NCBI RefSeq assembly: GCF_009914755.1
Contig: NC_060925.1
DNA: 64,000 nt
From: the human T2T-CHM13v2.0 reference genome, Homo sapiens
Strand: one strand, 5' to 3'
Below the pieces are notes generated by a model. That model saw only the letters and a program-made list of their open reading frames with translations. It was not told the origin of the DNA and ran no database searches. Made by a program: the position numbers and the translations under genes. Of this stretch, positions 1 to 12,354 are shown one piece after another; within the stretch, counting starts at the first letter, position 1; the number at the start of each line of letters is the position of its first letter.

Positions 1-2108
1 TTGCAGCCTCTGCCCGGCCGCCACCCCGTCTGGGAAGTGAGGAGTGTCTCTGCCTGGCCGCCCATCGTCTGGGATGTGAGGAGCCCCTCTGCCTGGCTGC
101 CCAGTCTGGAAAGTGAGGAGCGTCTCTGCCCGGCTGCCATCCCATCTAGGAAGTGAGGCGCGCCTCTTCCCAGCCGCCATCACATCTAGGAAGTGAAGAG
201 CGTCTCTGCCCGGCCGCCCATCGTCTGAGATGTGGGGAGCGCCTCTGCCCCGCCGCCCCATCTGGGATGTGAGGAGCGCCTCTGCCTGGCCGAGACCCCG
301 TCTGGGAGGTGAGGAGCGTCTCTGCCCGGCCGCCCCGTCTGAGAAGTGAGGAGACCCTCTGCCTGGCAACCACCCCGTCTGAGAAGTGAGGAGCCCCTCC
401 GCCCGGCAGCTGCCCCGTCTGAGAAGTGAGGAGCCTCTCCGCCCGGCAGCCACCCCATCTGGGAAGTGAGGAGCGTCTCCGCCCGGCAGCCACCCCGTCC
501 GGGAGGGAGGTGGGGGGGGGGGTCAGCCCCCGGCCCGGGAGGGAGGTGGGGGGTCAGCCCCCCCGCCCGGCCAGCCGTGCCGTCCGGGAGGGAGGTGGGG
601 GGGTCAGCCCCCCGCCCGGCCAGCCGCCCCGTCCAGGAGGTGAGGGGCGCCTCTGCCCGGCCGCCCCTACTAGGAAGTGAGGAGCCCCTCAGCCCGGCCA
701 GCCACCCCGTCCGGGAGGGAGATGGGGGGGTCAGCCCCCCCACCCGGCCAGCCGCCCCGTCCGGGAGGGAGGTGGGGGGGTCAGCCCCCCGCCTGGCCAG
801 CCGCCCCGTCCGGGAGGGAGGTGGGGGGGTCAGCCCTCCGCCCGGCCAGCCGCCCCGTCTGGGAGGTGAGGGGCGCCTCTGCCCGGCCGCCCCTACTGGG
901 AAGTGAGGAGCCCCTCTGCCCGGCCAGCCACCCCGTCCGGGAGGGAGGTGGGGGGGTCGGCCCCCCGCCCGGCCAGCCGCCCCATCCGGGAGGGAGGTGG
1001 GGGGGTCAGCCCCCCGCCCGGCCAGCCGCCCCGTCCGGGAGGGAGGTGGGGGTGTCAGCCCCCCGCCCGGCCAGCCGCCCCGTCCGGGAGGGAGGTGGGG
1101 GGGTCAGCCCCCCGCCCGGCCAGCCGCCCCGTCCGGGAGGGAGGTGGGGGGGGTCAGCCCCCCTGCCCGGCCAGCCGCCCCGTCCGGGAGGTGAGGGGCG
1201 CCTCTGCCCGGCCGCCCCTACTGGGAAGTGAGGAGCCCCTCTGCCCGGCCAGCCGCCCCATCCGGGAGGGAGGTGGGGGGGGTCAGCCCCCCCGCCCGGC
1301 CGGCCACCCCGTCCGGGAGGTGAGGGGCGCCTCTGCCCGGCCGCCCCTACTGGGAAGTGAGGAGCCCCTCTGCCCGGCCAGCCGCCCCGTCCTGGAGGGA
1401 GGTGGGGGGGGTCAGCCCCCCGCCCGGCCAGCCGCCCCCTCCGGGAGGGAGGTGGGGGGGGTCAGCCCCCCTGCCCGGCCAGCCGCCCCGTCCGGGAGGT
1501 GAGGGGCGCCTCTGCCCGGCCGCCCCTACTGGGAAGTGAGGAGCCCCTCTGCCCGGCCACCACCCCGTCTGGGAGGTGTGCCCAACAGCTCATTGAGAAC
1601 AGGCCAGGATGACAATGGCGGCTTTGTGGAATAGAAAGGCGGGAAAGGTGGGGAAAAGATTGAGAAATCGGATGGTTGCCGTGTCTGTGTAGAAAGAAGT
1701 AGACATGGGAGACTTTTCATTTTGTTCTGCACTAAGAAAAATTCCTCTGCCTTGGGATCCTGTTGATCTGTGACCTTACCCCCAACCCTGTGCTCTCTGA
1801 AACATGTGCTGTGTCCACTCAGGGTTAAATGGATTAAGGGCGGTGCAAGATGTGCTTTGTTAAACAGATGCTTGAAGGCAGCATGCTCGTTAAGAGTCAT
1901 CACCAATCCCTAATCTCAAGTAATCAGGGACACAAACACTGCGGAAGGCCGCAGGGTCCTCTGCCTAGGAAAACCAGAGACCTTTGTTCACTTGTTTATC
2001 TGCTGACCTTCCCTCCACTATTGTCCCATGACCCTGCCAAATCCCCCTCTGTGAGAAACACCCAAGAATTATCGATAAAAAAATAAATTAAAAAAAAAAA
2101 AAAAAAAA
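1..2108 (+). mobile_element. SVA retrotransposon, probably SVA_F or SVA_E; hexamer head and Alu-like domain lie upstream of the window
   Basis: Starts at the Alu-like/VNTR junction (ttgcagcctctgcccggcc). GC-rich VNTR runs to ~1580, then HERV-K-derived SINE-R (cccaacagctcattgagaac...gagaaacacccaagaatt) and polyA at 2090-2108. The variants gccaggatgac, aagtaatcaggg and gaattatc...aaataaatt match young subfamilies as I recall them. Confidence 0.97.
10..1580 (+). repeat. SVA VNTR (~35-50 bp GC-rich units)
   Basis: Repeated units ccgtccgggagggaggtgggggggtcagccccccgcccggccagccgcc and gggaagtgaggagcccctctgcccggcc. Confidence 0.97.
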
Positions 2109-2235
2109 CATTGTCTTTGATGAATTAGAAATTCAGTACCAGTTGACTCAGAATTTTATATGTGACTTCATACATATCTAGTAAAACAGAAATTGATCTT
2201 ACCAAATGAGAATCTGCTGAAGAAATTGTCCCCTT

Positions 2236-2413
2236 GGGGACTCAGGAGGGAAGATGGGGAGGTGGATGAGGGATGAAAGACTACATATTGGGTACAATGT
2301 ACACTGCTTGAGTGATGGGTACACTAAAATCTCAGAAATCACCACCAAAGAACTTACCCATGTAACCGAAAACCACCTGTACCCCAAACACTATTGAAAT
2401 AAAAATAAAAATA
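2236..2413 (+). mobile_element. L1PB-type 3' end fragment
   Basis: ggggactc...gggtacaatgtacactgcttgagtgatggg...accacctgtaccccaaacactattgaaataaaa; degenerate TSD aaattgtccccttggg (2223-2238) / aaattgtttccttggg (2413-2428). Confidence 0.85.
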
Positions 2414-4214
2414 AATTGTTTCCTTGGGTCACAGTAGAGGGAAAAATGCCACACCTTATCTCCTAGTTCAATCTTTTGAAGTACATATAAATAAGTTTTA
2501 TGGTACAATGTAGCTGTACTACCAGCTCTGAGACAAGCCATTTCCCAGGCACCTGAAACTGAAATTCTGAGTCTGAGTAATTCATGGGATTGAAGCATTT
2601 ACTGTGAAAAAGAGATTTATTTTATTCCCATTTTACATAACTCTACATGCCTCCCAAGAAGTTGTCTAGTTCCAGTAACTGCATGTTGTAAAGTTCCTAT
2701 TTAAAACATAAAGTCAGTAGTGTTTTATTTCCAATATTGGAAAACCATTTTTCACTGTCTCCACTAAATAATTATTGAAAAAGTACTTTAAACACATTAG
2801 TCTGATGGGTGCTTCATTATTATCTTATCTAGGGCTTTCACCTTTCTCACTCCAGACCTAATTATACCAAGTCGATTCAATAAAAGCAGCTCTACTGGAA
2901 TATTGATTGATGACTTAATGTTGTTGCTTCTCTCAGAACACTCTACACCAGCTGAAAGATGAGCGATTCCTATTGTGTGGTTAAATGCCCCCATATCTAT
3001 TTAGCTACCAGTCCTGGAATCCAGGTAGAATGTAACCTGACCATGATCAAATATTACCAACCAAATGGGAACCTGCTATAGAAAATTATTAGCAGCTTGA
3101 ATGGAGCCCAAACAGGAATAGAGACAAAACAGATAAAAGAGTAATGCAAAGAGAGCCTGGAATACTGTTTCTAGTGACTCTACATTTGGCTGTGTAGTTG
3201 GGGTCAGCATGGAATGCCTCAAGTCTACTAGCAGAAATCAGTCAACATTCATCAGCCCTTTATTCTTTACAGACTTCACAAATGCCATATAAGGAAGAGT
3301 GCTTATCATCCTGGAAGGTGTTCTGACTTCTTTGAAGAAAGATCAGATTGTTACATTTCAAAATTCACGGTGATACAATAAAACTATGGCCCACAGAGAA
3401 CCTAGAAGTTCAGAAATCGAGTTTCATGTCCTCACTAATAACATTTTGATGACAGAAAAGTATTTCTGAAATAGAAGTAACTTCCCAAAATTTTCAAGAA
3501 AATGTAGGCAACTTGTTTCTAGTTTGTACACAAAAGAGTATAAATAAATATGTATATATTTCAAAGTATCAGACCAAAATACCTGATCTTCATCCCTGGA
3601 AGAATTTGAGGGCTCCTAAAATCTTTCAAAAAGTACTACCACTCTCTGGAGAATTGCTACCTGCAATAACATGCCCTATGTTTTCACGTACCAAATGCTG
3701 AGAAGAAAAACAAAAACATATGTGGCTGGGATTTCTTTTTTTAAGAAAAGAAAACCATATTTAAGGTTTCCTGTCCAGATGCATCAGTGAGACACATCTT
3801 GCTTGTCTGCCTCTATCACATCCGGCCATGGTGCACAATTTTATGTCAACTGACAGATTCCTACCACGAGAGGAAGAAAGAAAAGCTCCCGAATTGGGAG
3901 TTAATTTATGCCACAAAATATATAAAGGTAGATTTAGGATGGTGACATTTTCCCCCATTTGAGTCTTGTAATTTAATTTAATTTAAAATCCATCACAGTT
4001 CTTGTTTGGATAACAGGAAGCAATAAATGTGGCACTTTGGGCCCAAACTTGAGTGCTATTTTTGTCCCTGTCTCAGAGCCATTTAAGCAAATTTAAAAAG
4101 TCTGTTCTATTCCCTCTCTAAATTCTCTGAATAGACTGGTAACTAAGATTGTCCCTACAGGGTGCTTATGTTTCTAGGCTGTGAAAGTTAATGGTGGGAA
4201 ATGACACAGCTCAG

Positions 4215-4440
4215 TATTTTAATCCTGGGCTTTGCAGTCAGACAGACCTGAGTTGGCCTCTGCTTACTGCTGTGTGACCCTGCACGAGATAGTGAATCTC
4301 ACTAAATGTTGGATCTTCAACTGTAAAATAGGTTAATAATAGTACTGATCTCCAAGGTGGTGGTAAAAGTTGTATGAGACAAAGCACATAAAATGTTTAA
4401 ATGGCACTAAGAACACTAAGTATTCACTATATGTTAGTTT
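4215..4440 (+). mobile_element. MIR SINE
   Basis: ggctttgcagtcagacagacctgag...gctgtgtgaccctg...ctgtaaaatagg...aataatagtac MIR core. Confidence 0.8.
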
Positions 4441-4459
4441 AAAAATATGAAGTTACCAA

Positions 4460-5050
4460 TAGAAGACTTTTCTCCCAGTAAAGAAGGACTAGATAATTTG
4501 TACCACCCCCCTAGTGATACTAACTAGGATAATTGGACAAAATATATTTTAAAAATTTCTTGAATACATTAGAAAGCTAATAACATGGTGAAAAACTATG
4601 GGAGTAATACCTGGAAGAAGAAGCAACTCCAGAGAGCTGAGACTTGCTTTGAGGGCCTTTTTTCTCCTAGCAGTTTCTTCCAATTCTGGAAGAAGTAGCT
4701 GAGAAACTGAGTAGAGCTTTTGTCAGCCTTATGGGGCAAAGGGGGACAAAAGCTGGAGTTCAAGGGCTTCCAAAGAGGGAGGTTTTGGATTAGAAACTAG
4801 GAGTAAGAGTCAACTTGAACTAGCCCTTGTAGTGATGAAAGCCCAGTTTCAAATCATCTCAATTACGAGTCTGTATTAGGTGAACTGGCATTGCTAAGGA
4901 CCTTAGCTGCCTGCGACAAGGTACATGCTCTTTGGGGGAATAAAGCATCACACTGGGCTTCACATTATGCCTATAGATTTTCATGTACAATCTCTGGTGC
5001 TTAATTAAAAATAACTAGACCTTCCTTCTTTCTTGGATAATTTAGTTCAT
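4460..5050 (+). mobile_element. Old L1M 5' region fragment
   Basis: Opening agaagacttttct...ggacaaaatatattttaaaa resembles L1MD/ME 5' ends. Confidence 0.5.
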
Positions 5051-5069
5051 AATCTATTACATGGGGCCT

Positions 5070-5388
5070 AGCAAGGTAGCTGCCTTTGAGGATAGCAGGG
5101 CATTGGTAGAGACTGAACAGGATGAGGAAGCAATCTGTGAAGCAAGGGAGATTATGAAGATGATAGGAGATTGTTACATACAAAAAGAATTTATCCAGTA
5201 AGTAAACATTGAGAATAATAGGAGTCAGGTTTCTCCTATCATAGAAGAGAGCTACAAATATAGAAAGAAAGAAAACTGGAATAAACCCTGTGGTACTGGG
5301 TTAGAATTCAGGGTTTCAGTAAGAACCTATGTTTTGCAGCGTATAGAGATTGATATAAACATAGATGTAAATTTGAATACACATACAG

Positions 5389-5438
<50 letters not shown>

Positions 5439-5670
5439 CCCCTAGCTCTATCCAATGGGAAGGCCTAAGAACAAAACACTCTAAGAGTATTGACACACCT
5501 AGCACTCAGGCCTTGTTTTCTAAATTCCATTCTCCACCAAAAGGTAGCAGAGATCCTTGGAAAAATGATTAATTCCATGTTTATTCAGAGAAAGTACAAG
5601 CGAGCCAGGAATGTCCTGTTGGTCATAAGGTAAGGAAGTGCTCAAATATTGATGGAACATGTTTAAAAAA
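5070..5670 (+). mobile_element. L1MC/MD 3' UTR fragment
   Basis: ggagtcaggtttctc...aaataaaccctgtggt...cctagctct...cacacctagcac...ctaaattccattctccaccaaaagg...gatccttggaaaaatg, typical of L1MC4/L1MD 3' ends. Confidence 0.65.
5393..5435. repeat. (CA)n microsatellite, ~21 units
   Basis: Direct reading. Confidence 0.97.
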
Positions 5671-5677
5671 CAAGAAA

Positions 5678-6065
5678 TGTATTAGTTTACTATTGCTACG
5701 TAACAAATTACCACAAATTTAGATGCTTAAAACAATTTATGTTTATTATCTTACGGTTTCTGTGGGACGGGAGACCAGGGTTAACTGATCTGGGTCTTCT
5801 GTTCGGGGTCTTACAAGGCTGCAATCAAGGTTATCATCTAGGCTGTGTTCTCATCTGGAAGCTTGACTAGGGAAAGAACCACTTCCAAGCTCCCACAGGT
5901 TGTTGGAAGAATTAATTTCTTTGCAGTTGCTGGACTGAGCCTTTAGTTTCATGCTGGTGGCCACTTTTAGTCCCTAGAGGCTACCCATGGTTCCTTTCTA
6001 TGCAGAGCATTTACTTCTTGGTAGGCTACTTCTTTAAGGCCAGGAGCAGCACAGGAAGAGTCTGC
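5678..6065 (-). mobile_element. MLT1 (E/F-like) MaLR LTR, partial
   Basis: tgtattagtttactattgctacgtaacaaattaccacaaa...ggctgcaatcaagg...acttccaagctc is the reverse complement of an MLT1 LTR 3' end. Confidence 0.8.
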
Positions 6066-6084
6066 TTGAAGCCAGCACACAAAC

Positions 6085-6535
6085 TTGTCACCAAAACCTG
6101 ACAGTGACGTTGCAAGAAAAAAAGTACAGTCCAATCTCACTCTTGACATTAAGACAAAAATCCTAAACAGAATACTGGCAAACAGAATCCAATAGTCTAT
6201 AAAAAGGATCATACATTTTGACCAAATTTGATTTATAGAATTGCAAGATTGATTTAACATTCAAAATCTAAGTAATTTACCACATTAATAGAACAAAAGG
6301 CAAAAAAATGCATATGATTATCTTTATAATTCATATTTAAAATTTTGATAAAATTTAATATTCATTCATGATAAATACTGTTAGAAGCTAGAAATAGAAA
6401 CTTTCTTAATTTGATAAAAGGTTGTTTACCAAAAAACCTATTGCAAACATTACACTTAATGGTGAAATGGTGGTGGTGTTTCCTCTAACACTGAGAATTT
6501 AAATATAGTCTCAACTACTGCTATTAAATATTATA
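6085..6535 (+). mobile_element. Old L1M ORF2 fragment
   Basis: accaaaacctgac...aaaatcctaaacagaatactggcaaacagaatccaa...aacattacacttaatggtgaa is degenerate L1 ORF2. Confidence 0.75.
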
Positions 6536-8642
6536 TATGAAACATTATATAAATGAAACCTTATAAATTTAGACATTCACTATCAAATGAAAAATTTTGA
6601 AATAATTCTCTATCTCTTCCAGTCATCTTTCTCCCTTCTTCAACGTGAATTCATGGGATGCCACCAACATCCTCATGCTATAATGTCCCATGAAGTTTTT
6701 AGGTTTTTCCCCAAACCTGTTATCTCTGTTGTAATTAGTCAGATCTCCCAGGTGACACCAATGGTTCAGTTCAACAACCATATATATTGACTATCTACTG
6801 TATTCTAAGAATCTTGCTTCAGCCACACTGAGAAAGGTTGTGTCCTATTCAACAGCGCAGATATTAGGCTTTCTTCCATAGGAATTTCCTGGTGACTACA
6901 TTGCTAAAGCTTATTTTGGGATTTTGCCTCACTTTATGGTGAACTCTAGAGTGACTGTTTTCACTTAAGAATTCAAACAAATTGGAACAGTGTTGTATTC
7001 TATATGTATGCATTTTGACTTTCATCTCTCACAAAGGGGTTGGAGGAGTAGGGTCAATGGGAAACATGAGAAACAAAAGGGAAATAGCGTGACTTTTGTA
7101 CAGTTTATTCATGAAAGCATAATTGAAACCAAAATAATGAATGCATCAGCTTATACAAATGAGGCATCTGTCATTATAGCATAGCATATGTATAATAAGG
7201 CATAAAGAAGTAGCTGCATAATTTAATGGGATTAGAGCTAATTGAACTGGATGCCTCTTCACATAAATAACCTCCTTGTATGGCATAAAAATACTTCTGG
7301 AAGTTTCTAGATGCTGTAAGTAATGAATGTGAAAAGGAAACAGGCAAACATATGTTTGATTTCTTCAGGAAAATATCTTAGCATAATTAAAATTATATAA
7401 CTTTGCAAGCACTGAATAATGTATGCCAGTGACTAGACCATTTGTATAACTTGATATAGACTACGAATTTCTGTAAGAAGTTATGAAACAAGTTTGTAAA
7501 TATCCATATATAGCAAGTACAAGTGGTCAGATTAAAATTTTTGATGTAAAGCTACATGAGGCTAATGGTCCCCAACAACATACATTAAATAGTAAAATGC
7601 CACCACAGACTGCTACAAGCCTGATGGCAGAAATGGTTTTTCCATTTCATTTCCTGATCTAACAATCCTGAGTTATATAACATGTTTAAAATGAATGAAT
7701 TTGTCTCCTTGATGAATTTCCCAGTCTTCAGTTTTAAAGAGGAAATGGAAAAGACTGTGGTTGCTGCATTAAAAAAAAGTTTGTATGTGTAAGCTTCTCA
7801 CATGCCTCATCTTTATTCAATCCAAAATAAACTTTGACCCTCTGATACTGTAGGTGGCTCCTTGGGGAAGGACTTCTGCACCAAACCAGAACATAATTGC
7901 AACATGTAAATGAATGCTCTTAGGCCCTTTCAAAACCATAGTATCGCCACCCCTTCTGCACAGTGCAGGTCAAATATCCCTATCTGAAAATACAAAATTC
8001 TTCCAATTCGTTTGCATCTCTTAATTAGGAAAAACTATACAAAATAATATATCCAGACCCTATTCGTAAGTAATCAGTAGTTGCTTTTTTAAAGGCTTCC
8101 AGCTTTTTCATATTTGAATTCTATAATCCAAAAATAATTTCAGAGGAATATTAATTTGGATTTTTTTCCCGTTTAGCTTTGTCTCACTTTATCTTCCTTT
8201 AGCATATGTGTATGAGGCTCATTAAGCTATAAATTTCATGGATGTCTATGAGTTATGTTCAATGTCAATTACCAGTACCATTGTTTAGAGTACTGTATTT
8301 CACTCCCAGAACATATCCTGGGAGATCTTGAACCACACCAAGGTCAAACTCCTAAACTCTCTTTAAATCACAGTTGCCAGCTTAGTAGCCTCTACCTCAG
8401 CATCCACTTCTCTAGGGAGGTACCCATTTTCTTTTGCAAGAAAATATCTAAACATGTCATTGTGCTAAGACACCATGAGACTACAGGGCCTTTAAAAGGA
8501 AATTAGTCTGATTAAATAAATCTATTGCTAATTTTCTTTTTCTTTCCTCATCTCCACCTTCCTCTTCTTTCCTGAATTCCTGAAAAGCAATGCCATCTAG
8601 GAAAATGCCCTTTCAAAGTGAAAGGACCCAAGACTTGACTTC

Positions 8643-8740
8643 TATGGTTGGTGCAAAAATAATTTTGGTTTCTGCCATTAAAAGTAATGACAAAGTAACT
8701 TTTAATGGCAAAAACCTCAATTACTTTTGCACCAACCTAA
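8643..8740. mobile_element. MADE1 (Hsmar1-derived MITE) with expanded centre
   Basis: TIRs ggttggtgcaaaaataattttggtttctgccatt ... aatggcaaaaacctcaattacttttgcaccaacctaa. Confidence 0.93.
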
Positions 8741-8839
8741 CAGTTTTCTCAAGAAGTCTCAGGACATCCCAAACTAGCCAGAGTTGCTTAATATTTGATT
8801 TTGTTTGTTTTAGTATAATTACAATTATAATTATGATAG

Positions 8840-8970
8840 CAATAATTATAGCTAATATTTGTTGGGCATTTACTATATATGAAATAGATACTAATATTAT
8901 TCCCATTTGACAGGTGAAGAAATGGAAGTTTAGTAAATTCAGCAACTTGCCCAAAGTAGCTTAACTACCA
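8840..8970 (-). mobile_element. MIR fragment
   Basis: attattcccatttgacaggtgaagaaatgg...aacttgcccaaag. Confidence 0.7.
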
Positions 8971-10965
8971 AGTTATATCATCTTACATTTTTTCTTCTTT
9001 TTTTTTTGCCTTGTTCTCACCTCGTTCTAAAACAAGGATTTTAGGTAGAGACATTATTTTCAGTATATCAGTAGCAAGTTGATTAAACTAGTATTTTCTC
9101 CTATCTGTCCATCATAAAGATATATGAGAATGTTATGAATGGTTTCAGATGACTACTATCAGATTACTGGGTTTGAGTAAATTGTGGCAAGAAAAACAGG
9201 AGAAATTGTCAAGACTTCAGCTCTGGTTCCAGCTCTACAACTGCTTTTCTTGTTGCCTGACCATGGCTGCCTGAGCCGTGTGATCTCAGTCTCAGTTTTG
9301 TTATCAGTAGAGTGGATGATAGCAGCTGTCCTGACCATACTACAGATGTTGCTAATTATAGGAATATTATAGGAATATTTTACAAACTCTTAAGTGCAAC
9401 CCAGTGTCTGTCAGATAGGAATGATTACATGTAGGGTCCTAGATACTGGAAAATCCCAGGAGGTCTTGCTTCTACCTTGAAAGGGCTAACAGTTCATTGC
9501 AGAGGGTGGAACATGAGGCATATTCTAAGTTACATATGCTCAGGATTCAGTTTATCAAACAGTGTGGGCACAGCCTGGGGACTGGGATTTCCTGTGGTTG
9601 AGCTGGCACGCACTGAACCTGATGTCTTGAGGGGCAGTGAGCCCCTGGGGACAGGGATGATGCCTTGTTCATCTTGTGCCCACAGCAACTGGTATGGTAC
9701 GTCAAACACACTAGAAAAATGAAATCTGATCATGGATCCAGAGGGGAAAATTTTACTTTCTTCCCAAACTTACAAATGTGGAACCTGCTCATTCACACTC
9801 ACAGAAATGTTAAACTTGGCGGATTCGCAGAATTTTAAAGATTTGAGATTCTATTCCTGACTACTCTGTTGCCTTTCTCTCTAATTTGGGCCAGCATCAT
9901 GCCAGAACAAGTCTGATATTTTAGCCTAAGCAAATATCAAAAATAGAAAAAGCAACTGTGGCAACACAGTTCCTAATGAATGTAACAGCAAGGCCGAAAA
10001 GGGAGCAGAGTAGTGTTAAGCTGTGGAAGAAAAAGAAAAAGTGATTGTGAGAAATCCTGGGAAACTGTCAAACCCACAGCTTCAATGAGGGCCAGAATTC
10101 TCCTTGTGAAAATAATGACAAGTGACACCCGAGCTGCCTTTTTACAGCTTTTTATACAAAAGGCATTTGTACCTCCTGAGCATAAGGGCTGAAAACATAG
10201 TCCAGGCAGTGCAAGAGAGGTAGATTAGAAAGTCATGGAAGGCCAATGCGGAGGCAGCTCCAGAGGCAAGAGGGCTCTGTGATACAGTTTAATATAGACT
10301 AATTCAGGGTGAGACTGGCTTGGTTTCCTAAAAGAGTTTGTCTCCACTTGACAAAGGCAAATGGGGTTTGAAAACTTCACCCAACCCCATAAGTTCCCTC
10401 TGAATGGACCAGGAAGTGTTTCAGAAAAGGTGATCCTGGAACAGTCCAGAACCAAATCAGCCTCTATCCAGCTCATGTTTTCCTTCCAATGGAGCTTGGG
10501 TTACTCAGTGGGGTGGAGTGAGGTAAAGGTAGGGCAGGGAGGAGAGGTGGAAAGACTGTCAATGTCTGATAAAGCATTTACCACATGTTTGATATTTGGG
10601 TAAACTCTAGAAAATTGTATCCAGGATGAAGAGTTTAGCAGACTCGAAATGTCATGGTGCTCTCTCTGTCAAGCACATGCTCCATGCTCAACATCTCTGA
10701 GAAACAGGAAAATTAAAACTGAAAGCAGAGAAACAGAAAATAAACACTGATTCTCTCCTTGGAATCAGCATTTTAAGCCTAGTGATAGCTCTCTATTTCA
10801 TGCAACATTCGTGCATACTACCTGTTTGAATGTGATCTATATTCATATTTAGAACTATCCCTAAGCTTAAAATCATTTCAACAAGTTCATTTAGTCAATA
10901 CACAAATATCAACAAGATGATGATTTATACTTTCTTACTCACCAAGGGCCTAAAATACTTTCTCT

Positions 10966-11075
10966 GACTTGCTCAATACAGAGTTGCCACAAAACTTCAA
11001 TTTGCAAAAAAAAAAAAAAAATTAATTATTTGTGAAGGGCAACAAAGCAAAATACAATAAAATGAAGTATGCTTT
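10966..11075 (-). mobile_element. Tigger1 terminal fragment
   Basis: gacttgctcaatacagagttgccacaaaacttcaatttg...caataaaatgaagtatgc is the reverse complement of the Tigger1 5' end. Confidence 0.75.
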
Positions 11076-11911
11076 AGAAGTTTTAACTTCTAAAGCTGTC
11101 TTAGAACAGCTGATATAATTTGAGTGGACATATGCAAATTCAGCACTACTGTTATGTAAATATCCTCCTCTGGTGTTCCTAACAATTTCATACACAGCTG
11201 CTTGTTACTCTTGAGGAAATCCTGGTTAATAACAGTGCTATGAACTGGATGTTTGCTTCTAATCTCCTCAAACTTGAAACATTTACCAGTGCTGAGGGAC
11301 TTCTGGGCATAGATACTCTTTTCTAAGACCTTAGTGGTCTTTTTTTTCAGACAATCGGGTGAAAAAAAAAGTCTGGCAGTTTCTTTCTCTCCCACCTCTC
11401 TAATAACCTCAGAACCATAGTCAACTGGCTGGTATGTGAAGTGTGAATGCTTCTATCAAGGGGAGACATGACCTTGGCAAACAAATTGGAAGGGTAGATT
11501 TAAAAAAGAAAAAAGGCAGATACCTTCTGATTTCCACTGTAAGGCTAGCTCAGAAAATAGCAGAGTTGCATCCTTCAGCTTGAGTCCTTGGAAGCAGTAG
11601 CAAACATTAAGCCCAAGTGAATGGTCAATAACTCTCCATAAATATCAGTAGAGGCTTTGTTTTAGTCAAAAGCTTTGCACTATCACCACTGAATGGTATA
11701 TGGCTCTTTTCCACATGATTAAACAAAGAGAGATCAATTGTGGGGAAAAGAGAAGCAGAGAACCCTGCAGAGAGAATGAGATATGTTTCATGCAGCTGTT
11801 TGTGTCCACTCCAGTAGAATACCATTAATAGAGAATGAGGGTCTGTCACTGAGGAAATAGTTTTCTTCTTCTTATCTCTAGTGTGGTTGCTGTGATCACT
11901 CACATAAGTGC

Positions 11912-12354
11912 TGTTATGGGTTGAGCTATTTTCCCCACAAGAAAGTTAAGTTGAAGTCCTAACCACTAATACCTCTGAATGTGAGTCTACTGGGAAAATA
12001 GGGTCATGGCAGATGTAATTGGTCAAGATGAGGTCATACTGGAGTAGAGTATGCCCTTAGGTTAACGGGACTAGTCCTTCTAAGAAGACATACCCACAGG
12101 GAGAATGCCACTTGTAAAGGCAGAGATTGGAATTACATGGCTGCAAACCAAGGAATGCAAAAGATGACAGCAAACTACTAGAAGCAAGGAAGAGGCAAAG
12201 AAGGATTCCCCTGTGGGTTTCAGAGGGAGCATGGACCTGCCAACAACTTGATTTTGGAATCTTAGCCTTCGGAAAGGTGAGACTTTACATTTCTGTTGTT
12301 TTAAACCACGCAGTTTGTGGTACTTTGTTACAGTACCTCTAGAAAACGAACACA
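11912..12354 (+). mobile_element. MLT1C-like solo LTR
   Basis: TG...CA ends; gatgaggtcatactggagtag, aaggcagagattgga, ttcagagggagcatgg, cagtttgtggtactttgttaca. Confidence 0.88.

Noticed and set aside
10-1580. Repeat array superficially resembling CRISPR
   Set aside because: No unique spacers and no cas genes; it is the SVA VNTR in a primate genome
146-2086. Multiple overlapping 60-199 aa Pro/Gly/Arg-rich ORFs
   Set aside because: Stop-poor translations of the SVA VNTR and SINE-R, not genes
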